A DNA stretch of 32,000 nucleotides from Candidatus Minimicrobia sp. QA0096. Lineage in GTDB: Bacteria > Patescibacteriota > Saccharimonadia > Saccharimonadales > Saccharimonadaceae. The DNA lies in the NCBI RefSeq assembly GCF_963967315.1, contig NZ_OZ017288.1, forward strand, positions 240,001-272,000, written 5' to 3'. The notes under the pieces were generated by a model, which had not been told where the DNA came from, searched no databases, and worked only from the letters and a program-made list of their open reading frames with translations. The stretch's first letter is position 1. Each line of letters opens with the position of its first letter. The position numbers were made by a program, and so were the translations under genes. Below are positions 10,199 to 16,850 of this stretch, piece after piece.

Positions 10199-10657
10199 TC
10201 AATCCAATTCTTTTCGCCAAAGAGATAAACATTTCTTAGTGGATGGCGATATTTGGTCAAAGCCAATTCTTTGGTAAAACTCTTCAGCGGATTTTAGGGA
10301 ATACAATTTGACGGCACGCGCGTCTGGATATTCACCAGCCAAAGCTTCAATAGCCGCCCGACCAATTCCTCGCTTGCGCGCAATTTCCCTAACAAAAAGG
10401 TCTTCTATAGTAATCTCGCCGTCACCATTAGAGCATACAGTCATAAGTCCAGATGACAACTCTTCGCCAGGAGTATCGATAGCAAATACATCACTACCGT
10501 AGTAATTATTCATGCCTTTTACATATTCTATTAAATCCTTTTTCGCACTATCCGTAAACTCGCAGCCCAAAACGGACTCCGAATGAGCTATGGCTGCCCG
10601 TTCCAAAGCCTCATCATCATTCACCGACAATTTAGTAAGACATACTTCAGATTTCAT
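10199..10657 (-). CDS. GNAT family N-acetyltransferase
   Basis: 152-aa ORF. Acetyl-CoA binding signature RKRGIGRAAIEAL (R/Q-x-x-G-x-G/A) and a C-terminal FYQRIGF typical of the GNAT fold. Confidence 0.8.
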   Translation of the reverse strand: MKSEVCLTKLSVNDDEALERAAIAHSESVLGCEFTDSAKKDLIEYVKGMNNYYGSDVFAIDTPGEELSSGLMTVCSNGDGEITIEDLFVREIARKRGIGRAAIEALAGEYPDARAVKLYSLKSAEEFYQRIGFDQISPSTKKCLSLWRKELD

Positions 10658-10663
10658 TCTACC

Positions 10664-10691
10664 ATTTTATCATAAAAACGTATTTTGTCAA
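10664..10691 (-). promoter_or_regulatory. Promoter of the GNAT gene: TTGACA-16-TGaTAAAAT, with the -10 hexamer 6 nt from the ATG (predicted leaderless)
   Basis: The minus strand reads TTGACAaaatacgtttttaTGaTAAAATggtagaATG. The -35 is at plus 10686-10691 and the extended -10 at 10664-10672. Confidence 0.6.
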
Positions 10692-10693
10692 TA

Positions 10694-11383
10694 TTATACT
10701 TCCACGCATTTTTCCAGGATTCCCGACATCGCGCTTTTTTCAGCTTCCGTTACCCACAAGCGATATCGTCGCTTTATTGCTATCTGGCGCGCTACATACT
10801 GACAACGAAACGGCTTATTACTCGGCAGCCAAGTCGCCGCGTCGCCGTCACCTTTGGCTTGATTTGCTGGGCCGTCAACCGCTAATAAATTTAATGGATC
10901 ATTCGCTAATTTCTCTCGTTCTTCTGGAGAAATTTGCTGCGCACCCTTTTGCCAAGCATCGCTCAAAGCCACGACGTGATCAATCTGAACCTTAGAACTG
11001 GTTTTTTCACCGCGCTGAAATTGAATTGTTTGACCAGTGTATGGATCATTCAGCACACCCGACAAAACTCGACATTTTTCATCAATTTTCTCATCCGTCA
11101 AATCTCGGGCCAGAATCACTTCCCGCACAGAGCAGCCGTTAATTTTGCCCCAGCCGTTTCCAAATTGCTTTCTGGAATAACCAGTCTTTGGTGCACGTCC
11201 TTTGACTTCTATCTTTTCCAATTCCGATTTGGCGTTCGAAGCACCAAATAATTCTCGTTGCGTTGAAGTTTGAATTGTCTGAGGTTCGGGCTGTGAAATT
11301 TGTGAAGCCCAAATCGCCGCGCCGACAATCAAAATCACCAGCGCAACCACCACTTGCCGACGTCGTATTTTATTCACCCTCAT
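10694..11383 (-). CDS. Membrane-anchored/secreted DUF1524-type HNH (His-Me finger) nuclease
   Basis: 229-aa ORF. N-terminal signal-anchor (RRRQVVVALVILIVGAAIWA). C-terminal block QIDHVVALSDAWQKGA..NDPLNLLAVDGPANQAKGDGDAATWLP matches the pattern I know from actinobacterial and firmicute DUF1524/HNH endonuclease family proteins. Confidence 0.75.
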   Translation of the reverse strand: MRVNKIRRRQVVVALVILIVGAAIWASQISQPEPQTIQTSTQRELFGASNAKSELEKIEVKGRAPKTGYSRKQFGNGWGKINGCSVREVILARDLTDEKIDEKCRVLSGVLNDPYTGQTIQFQRGEKTSSKVQIDHVVALSDAWQKGAQQISPEEREKLANDPLNLLAVDGPANQAKGDGDAATWLPSNKPFRCQYVARQIAIKRRYRLWVTEAEKSAMSGILEKCVEV

Positions 11384-11389
11384 GACTGT

Positions 11390-11397
11390 ATTATAAT
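11390..11397. promoter_or_regulatory. Palindromic ATTATAAT that reads TATAAT on both strands, each 6 nt from a divergent ATG (nuclease at 11383, pepN at 11404)
   Basis: Plus strand: TATAAT 11392-11397, taaact, ATG 11404. Minus strand: TATAAT = plus 11395-11390, acagtc, ATG 11383-11381. The two hexamers overlap by 4 bp. Confidence 0.55.
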
Positions 11398-11403
11398 TAA
11401 ACT

Positions 11404-13905
11404 ATGACTAAAGTTCCACGCTTACTTGACACATTCACACCAAATCATTACAACCTAACTCTCGATTTAACACGCGCCGAGAAAAAAGAATTTTCTGGCA
11501 CAGTTATCATTTCTGGCGATTCCACCAGCGAATCAATTTCGCTACATTCCAAAGGCTTAACAATTCAATCAGCCACAATCAACAATCAGCCCGCCGACGT
11601 TTCATTTGGTGAGTTTGACGAATTGAGATTATCTCAGCCGAACCTTAAAGACGGAAATCACACAATTCACATCATTTTTTCCGGAAATATTACCGACGCA
11701 ATGCACGGCTTGTATCCTTGTTATTTCACTCACGACGGCGTTAAAAAACAGCTTTTCGCGACTCAATTTGAATCACATCACGCCCGCGAAGTTTTCCCTT
11801 GCGTTGATGAGCCGGCCGCCAAAGCCGAATACGATTTGACACTAATCACCCGAACAGGAATAGCAGTTTTGGGAAATATGCCCGTAAAAAGCGAAGAAGA
11901 AAATGGCGACTCACTCACAACGACATTTGAGAAAACCCCACGAATGAGCAGCTATCTTCTGGCTTTTGTCATCGGTGAATTGCACAAAAAATCCGCCCGC
12001 ACCAAATCTGGCGTCGAGGTTAACGTCTGGGCAACGCCAGCTCAGAATGAAAATACATTAGATTTTGCGTTAGATATAGCCGCTCGCTCAATTGATTTTT
12101 ATGATGAATATTTCGGCGTCAAATATCCATTGCCAAAATCCGATCACGTCGCCCTTCCCGACTTTTCGTCTGGCGCAATGGAAAACTGGGGCTTAATCAC
12201 TTACCGAGAAAGTTGTTTACTGGCAGACCCTGAGTTGACCCCAGAATCATCCAGGCGCTTCATTGCCACGGTTATCGCGCACGAACTTAGCCATCAATGG
12301 TTTGGCAATCTCGTTACCATGAACTGGTGGAACGACTTATGGCTCAACGAAAGCTTTGCCAATATGATGGAATACGTGGCGATTGATGCACTCCAGCCAG
12401 ATTGGCGTATGTGGGAAGATTTTGCCACAAATGAAGTAACAGCCGCACTCAGGCGCGACAGCTTAGACGGCGTACAATCCGTTCAGGCCGACGTCAATCA
12501 TCCAGATGAAATCAGCACATTATTTGACCCGGCGATTGTTTATGCTAAGGGCGGACGGCTGCTTGCTATGGTTAGAAAACTTATAGGCGAAGAGGCATTT
12601 CGCGCTGGACTTAAATCATATTTTGAAAAATTCGCGTATAAAAATACCGTCGGAAATGACTTATGGCAAGAATTAGAGTCGGCGAGCGGTCAGCCAATCG
12701 TCAATTTAATGAACGCTTGGATTTCCCAGCCAGGACTCCCTGTCGTATCGGTTTCAAGCAGCCACGACACGGCAACTTTAAGTCAAGAGCGATTCTTCAT
12801 TGGTGAACACCAACCATCCGACGCATTATGGCCGATTCCATTATTCGCAAACCAGCCACTTGACGTAAAAATCTTGAATCAAAAAGAAACCACCGTTTCC
12901 ATTGAAAAGCCATTGCAATTAAACTGTGGCTTAAGCGCCCACTTCATCACCAAATATGATGAATCCACTCGCGAATATTTATTGAAAAACATTACAGAAT
13001 TGCCAACCTTGGATAAGATTTGTATCTTACAGGACGCGACAATACTCGCCCGCGCTGGATTTGAAAATTCGGCGTCACTACTTCCATTGGCATTGTCGCT
13101 AAAAACCGAAACCAACGAAAAAGTCTTCGGTATGGCGGCTGGTTCTTTGACAGAACTACGAAAATTCGTCGATGACAATGACGCCGCCAGAGATTCATTA
13201 AAGAAAATTTCTGGAGAATTTGCGCGCGCCACATTTGAAGAGCTTGGCTGGGATGAAAAAGACGGAGAATCGGATGACGACCGCGAACGACGCACCACAG
13301 CTTTGAGTTTGATGATGTATAGCGAAGATAAAGAAGTTTTGGACGAGGCAAAAACGCGTTTTGACAGCAATAAGCCGGAAGACTTACCGACAGAAATTCG
13401 AGCTTTAATTATCAGCGTAAACGTAAGACATTTTGAGACGCCAGAGATGATTGAAAATCTCTTTGGCACATATAAAAACACGCCGTCAAATGACCTGCAG
13501 AATGATATTGCAATTGGACTAACTTCCACTAAAAACCCTGAAACAGCAGAAAAAATTCTTGCCAACATTAAAAATTCCAATGTTATCCGCCCGCAAGACG
13601 CCAGCCGTTGGTTTGTGTATTTAATTCGGGCCAGAGAAAGCCGCCAGATTGCGTGGAATTGGCTGAAAGAAAACTGGGCGTGGGTCGAAGATACGTTTGG
13701 CGAAGATAAAAGCTATGATGACTTCATTCGCTATGCCGCCACAGCCCTACTAACAACCGACGAACTTAATGACTTTCGACAATTCTTTGAACCGATGGAA
13801 AATATTCCAGCCCTCGCCAGAACGATTAAGCTGGGAATTACCGAAATATCAGCACGCGCTGAACTGATTAAACGAGACAAAGAGGCGGTTATCTCCGCGT
13901 TGTAA
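11404..13905 (+). CDS. pepN: Aminopeptidase N (M1 family zinc metallopeptidase)
   Basis: 833-aa ORF. GAMENWG exopeptidase motif, HELSHQWFGN..(18 aa)..WLNESFA zincin motif (HExxH-x18-E), and an ERAP1-like C-terminal helical domain. Confidence 0.95.
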   Translation: MTKVPRLLDTFTPNHYNLTLDLTRAEKKEFSGTVIISGDSTSESISLHSKGLTIQSATINNQPADVSFGEFDELRLSQPNLKDGNHTIHIIFSGNITDAMHGLYPCYFTHDGVKKQLFATQFESHHAREVFPCVDEPAAKAEYDLTLITRTGIAVLGNMPVKSEEENGDSLTTTFEKTPRMSSYLLAFVIGELHKKSARTKSGVEVNVWATPAQNENTLDFALDIAARSIDFYDEYFGVKYPLPKSDHVALPDFSSGAMENWGLITYRESCLLADPELTPESSRRFIATVIAHELSHQWFGNLVTMNWWNDLWLNESFANMMEYVAIDALQPDWRMWEDFATNEVTAALRRDSLDGVQSVQADVNHPDEISTLFDPAIVYAKGGRLLAMVRKLIGEEAFRAGLKSYFEKFAYKNTVGNDLWQELESASGQPIVNLMNAWISQPGLPVVSVSSSHDTATLSQERFFIGEHQPSDALWPIPLFANQPLDVKILNQKETTVSIEKPLQLNCGLSAHFITKYDESTREYLLKNITELPTLDKICILQDATILARAGFENSASLLPLALSLKTETNEKVFGMAAGSLTELRKFVDDNDAARDSLKKISGEFARATFEELGWDEKDGESDDDRERRTTALSLMMYSEDKEVLDEAKTRFDSNKPEDLPTEIRALIISVNVRHFETPEMIENLFGTYKNTPSNDLQNDIAIGLTSTKNPETAEKILANIKNSNVIRPQDASRWFVYLIRARESRQIAWNWLKENWAWVEDTFGEDKSYDDFIRYAATALLTTDELNDFRQFFEPMENIPALARTIKLGITEISARAELIKRDKEAVISAL

Positions 13906-13946
13906 ATAATTTGGTCGCATTATTTTATGGTTTTTGACAAAATCTA

Positions 13947-13975
13947 TTGACATTTTATTCTATTAGTGGTATAAA
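13947..13975 (+). promoter_or_regulatory. Strong sigma70-type promoter of orphan cassette 1: TTGACA-17-TGgTATAAA
   Basis: TTGACA at 13947-13952, 17-nt spacer, TG at 13967-13968, TATAAA at 13970-13975. Predicted TSS is near 13982. No start codon follows within 8 nt, so a ~190-nt leader is predicted. Confidence 0.65.
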
Positions 13976-14173
13976 TAGACACAGCTTTTGTTGACAGAAC
14001 AAATGTTTTGTCTGAAAGCGCACTTTGACAAGTGAAGAGAATCTATAAGACGAAGGTGAGATTTTGCGGTATTCTAATAAGTGCCTCAAAACCTCATCTT
14101 CGATATATGCCATCCGGGCGTTGATCAGTGTTTCCAGCACGGGCGTTCGCCCAGATGAGGAGAGAGTACTACA

Positions 14174-14560
14174 ATGTCGTTTATTACCGATGAAGTCAAG
14201 GCAAAGAGGGCTGCCAACCTCAAGGAAACAGAGGAGAGGATGGAGACACTCAGGAGAAATGAAGTCTCCCGTTTTCTCGAAGAGGGAATCCCCACACTGT
14301 GCGAGGAAGCCAGGAAAGCCGCAATCAATGAATACCTTATGAAAGGTAAGCTTCCAGATAAGATCTGTATCTCTGATCATAACCGTCTAGTCACTCCGGC
14401 AGTTGCAAACAGTCGCGGGTGTCGTAAGGAGCTCCTTAAGAAACTCCAGAGCCTCGAAGAGAAGGTCTGTGGTATTGAATTCCAATACACAGACTCCAAC
14501 ACGTGGGGAATTACTCCCGACCCCTGTATTGTCATCTACTTCTCCAACAACCAGGAGTAG
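14174..14560 (+). CDS. Orphan hypothetical protein (128 aa, soluble, 5 Cys), atypical codon usage
   Basis: 387-nt ORF with GAGGAG (14157-14162) upstream of the ATG. Codon choice is visibly different from flanking genes (Lys mostly AAG, 5 of 9 Arg as AGG/AGA, Leu CTC, G/C-rich third positions). I recognise no family. Confidence 0.55.
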   Translation: MSFITDEVKAKRAANLKETEERMETLRRNEVSRFLEEGIPTLCEEARKAAINEYLMKGKLPDKICISDHNRLVTPAVANSRGCRKELLKKLQSLEEKVCGIEFQYTDSNTWGITPDPCIVIYFSNNQE

Positions 14561-14623
14561 CAGGCAATAGCCTCGCAAACATGGCGAGTCTGTAGACTCT
14601 CCGTCAGATTCTCTCACTTGTCA

Positions 14624-14680
14624 TGTTTGCTCCATAGATGCGTGTCTATGCTGATGAGTCGGAAACGACGAAAGCGAACA
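14624..14680 (+). ncRNA. Hammerhead self-cleaving ribozyme, type III topology; predicted cleavage between C14632 and C14633
   Basis: UGUUUGCU-C(17) | helix I CAUAGAU-GCGU-GUCUAUG | CUGAUGA | helix II GUCG-GAAA-CGAC | GAA | AGCGAACA. All invariant core positions are present (C3 U4 G5 A6 G8 A9 G12 A13 A14 A15.1 U16.1 H17=C). Helix III is 8 bp and open; helices I and II are capped. Confidence 0.9.
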
Positions 14681-14682
14681 AT

Positions 14683-15672
14683 TTACTCCAACACCACACA
14701 TTCTTCAACTACAGGCGGATTTCCGTCGACAGAAATTGCCAGCATTTGCATATCACAGCTTCCATACTGCGCATTTTTGGCAATGAATATTTCAGCAGCA
14801 AAACGCATTTGTTGCTGTTTTTTATTTGTAATCGCCGCCAAGCCATCGCCAAAATTGTCATTTTTACGATATTTGACCTCTGTAAAATATAAAACATTAT
14901 CTTTTTTACTAACAATATCAATTTCACAATATCGCGTTCGCCAATTCCGCTCTATAATCTCATGACCATCAGCGACCAACCAATCCGCCGCCGCTTGCTC
15001 ACCTTTATCACCAGTTTGACGCGTTGTGTCTTTTTGCTGGTTTTTAGACTTTCCGTCGTCAGACGCATTTTGCGAATTCGCCCCAGTATTAGCATATTTA
15101 GCCAACGGCGCAAAACTCAATCGATGAAGTGGCGTTATGCCCAGATTATCAATAGCCGCTCGATGCTTCACCACACCATAACCAACGTGCGAAGAAAAAT
15201 CATATCCCGGATAAATATTATCCTGCTTCGCCATAAATTTATCGCGAGCCACCTTAGCAATAATCGACGCCGCCGAAACGCTCGGAATCAGACCGTCGGC
15301 TTTCGCTATAATTGTTACATACTTTTCTAGCGGTGTGCCCGCCAAAAAATTGACCGTCCCATCGATAATAATCTCATCAAACTTCGAGCCATTTTTCTGA
15401 CATTTCGCTTGAATTTCTTTGACTGCGCGCCGCGTCGCCAGTTTAAGCGCCTCGCTCATCCCTATTTCATCCAGCTCCTCAGCAGAAACCCAACCCAACG
15501 CCCAAGCCGATGTTTGCTCGCGAATTTCCTCATCAAGCAACTCACGTCGTTTTTTGGTCAATTTTTTACTATCATCCAGTCCTTCAATTTCAGCGCCACC
15601 CAAAACCACCGCGCCAATCACCAACGGTCCAGCCCACGCGCCGCGCCCGACTTCATCAATCCCCAGAATCAC
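14683..15672 (-). CDS. rnhB: Ribonuclease HII fused to a C-terminal YraN/UPF0102-family endonuclease-like domain
   Basis: 329-aa ORF with a GTG start. N-terminal ~200 aa is RNase HII (MILGIDEVGRGAWAGPLV, DDSKKL, SAASIIAKV). A low-complexity linker follows (NTGANSQNASDDGKSKNQQKDTTRQ). The C-terminal ~110 aa fits the YraN pattern (GEQAAADWL..G..IIERNWR..YCEIDIV....VLYFTEVKYR....G....AI..KK). Confidence 0.85.
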   Translation of the reverse strand: MILGIDEVGRGAWAGPLVIGAVVLGGAEIEGLDDSKKLTKKRRELLDEEIREQTSAWALGWVSAEELDEIGMSEALKLATRRAVKEIQAKCQKNGSKFDEIIIDGTVNFLAGTPLEKYVTIIAKADGLIPSVSAASIIAKVARDKFMAKQDNIYPGYDFSSHVGYGVVKHRAAIDNLGITPLHRLSFAPLAKYANTGANSQNASDDGKSKNQQKDTTRQTGDKGEQAAADWLVADGHEIIERNWRTRYCEIDIVSKKDNVLYFTEVKYRKNDNFGDGLAAITNKKQQQMRFAAEIFIAKNAQYGSCDMQMLAISVDGNPPVVEECVVLE

Positions 15673-16153
15673 CTGACAATCTTCCCTTTTTCGTTATAAA
15701 ATCCGCAATAGTCCAGCCAATCCAAACTGTTGCCGCGCCTAATGTATTCGCCAAAATATCCCAATTCGTGTCGTCCAATTTTATACTCGCCAAGCCCACC
15801 TTGACCATAAATAATTCCGCCAACTCATTAATACAACCCAGTGCCGAAACTAAAGCAAATACTGAAAACGCCATCACCAACCAGTGCGCCCGCCATTTCA
15901 TCGACGAAACCAAATACACCCAGAACAGCCCCGTAAATAGACCGCCACCCACAAAGTGTGTCGTAAAACTAGTGTCCTGTCCGTCAATCAACGGCGATGG
16001 CAAATACCAAGATATGAAAAACAACAAACACGCTACGTAAAGTAGCCAGCGATATTTTTGCTCACTATCAAAGCCGTTTTTCTTCAAAGCATAAGGAGCC
16101 GCCACAGCCAAGGTCGTCGGAACAAGGACGGATATATAATGAAATATTGCCAT
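15656..16153 (-). CDS. Hypothetical integral membrane protein (about 5 TM helices)
   Basis: 165-aa ORF with several hydrophobic helices (VLVPTTLAVAAPYAL, LLYVACLLFFISWYL, GGGLFTGLFWVYLV, LVMAFSVFALVSALG, LGAATVWIGWTIA). It overlaps the rnhB start by 17 nt. I recognise no family. Confidence 0.7.
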   Translation of the reverse strand: MAIFHYISVLVPTTLAVAAPYALKKNGFDSEQKYRWLLYVACLLFFISWYLPSPLIDGQDTSFTTHFVGGGLFTGLFWVYLVSSMKWRAHWLVMAFSVFALVSALGCINELAELFMVKVGLASIKLDDTNWDILANTLGAATVWIGWTIADFITKKGRLSGDSGD

Positions 16154-16159
16154 ATTGAG

Positions 16160-16168
16160 ATTATAACA
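16160..16168 (-). promoter_or_regulatory. Extended -10 (TGtTATAAT) 6 nt before the ATG at 16153; predicted leaderless
   Basis: The minus strand reads caTGtTATAATctcaatATG. Confidence 0.5.
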
Positions 16169-16172
16169 TGAG

Positions 16173-16197
16173 AAAACCGCCTCAGATTAAGAGACGG
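16173..16197 (-). terminator. Rho-independent terminator of rplS
   Basis: On the minus strand: CCGUCUC-uuaaucu-GAGGCGG (7 bp with one G-U; plus 16177-16197), followed by UUUU (16176-16173). It lies 26 nt after the rplS stop codon. Confidence 0.7.
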
Positions 16198-16222
16198 TTT
16201 TTAATGATTAGCCAATTGACAA

Positions 16223-16744
16223 TTACGCGTCTTTATGGCGAGCTGCAACTTCAGCAGCCTTAGCGTCAAGTTCAGCCTGAGCGGCATCTTTTTCAGCTTG
16301 TTTTGCAGCAGCAGCCTGAGCAGCTTCTTCCTTCAAGCGTTCAGCTTCCGCTTCTGCCTTAACGTCATGAATGTCATTAACAGCAGCGCGATCAAAGTTC
16401 TTAGCTGTCAAGCGAGCTGACTTACCGCTACGCTGGCGAAGGAAGCTTAAGAACTTGCGGCGAACCTTAGCACGACGAACAATCTCAATCTTCTCAATCA
16501 GTGGACTGTGCATCAAAAATGACTTTTCAACGCCAACGCCTGAAGCAATCTTTCGAACCGTAATGCGTGATGTGTGTGATTTTTTATTGTCGGTGCGGAT
16601 AACAACACCCTCGAACATCTGAATACGCTCTTTGTTGCCTTCCTTAATTTTCTGGTAAACGCGAACTGTGTCACCACTGCGAGCATCGACAACTGCTTGC
16701 TTTTTTTGTGCTTGGTTGATTTTGTTGATTAACTCAAAACTCAT
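16223..16744 (-). CDS. rplS: 50S ribosomal protein L19 with a ~55-aa Ala/Glu/Lys-rich C-terminal extension
   Basis: 173-aa ORF. The L19 core is GDTVRVYQKIKEGNKERIQMFEGVVIR..ITVRKIASGVGVEKSFLMHSPLIEKIEIVRRAKVRR. The tail is ..KAEAEAERLKEEAAQAAAAKQAEKDAAQAELDAKAAEVAARHKDA. AGGA SD lies 6 nt upstream. Confidence 0.95.
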   Translation of the reverse strand: MSFELINKINQAQKKQAVVDARSGDTVRVYQKIKEGNKERIQMFEGVVIRTDNKKSHTSRITVRKIASGVGVEKSFLMHSPLIEKIEIVRRAKVRRKFLSFLRQRSGKSARLTAKNFDRAAVNDIHDVKAEAEAERLKEEAAQAAAAKQAEKDAAQAELDAKAAEVAARHKDA

Positions 16745-16850
16745 AATTTTTCCTATCTTCCGAACTCGCTCCGACTGGCCACGCAGTTGTACCTCTGCGG
16801 CTCCACATCAAACAAAGCTCGAATATTTAACTCTCGTACAATTACATAAG

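Noticed and set aside
12879-13580. 233-aa minus-strand ORF (and the 119-aa ORF at 12992-13351) inside pepN
   Set aside because: It is entirely antisense to a confidently identified M1 aminopeptidase gene. Its composition is Ser/Phe-rich and low-complexity, as is typical of shadow frames. No promoter or RBS is present.
13904-13930. Hairpin AAAUAAU-uuggucgc-AUUAUUU after pepN as its terminator
   Set aside because: The stem is entirely A-U (7 bp) and overlaps the stop codon. It is too weak to call a terminator with confidence, although the following UAUGGUUUUU leaves the possibility open.
13955-14380. 141-aa minus-strand ORF overlapping cassette 1
   Set aside because: It would run backwards through the plus-strand ORF, its leader and the strong plus-strand promoter. 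It has no RBS or promoter of its own. The plus-strand ORF has a GAGGAG RBS and sits downstream of the promoter.
13906-14623. A second hammerhead flanking cassette 1, which would imply a circular-RNA or retrozyme-like unit
   Set aside because: I scanned both strands of the cassette for CUGANGA...GAA cores and found none. CUGAAAG at 14012-14018 and CAGAUGA at 14152-14158 break invariant positions. Only single-site 3' processing is supported.
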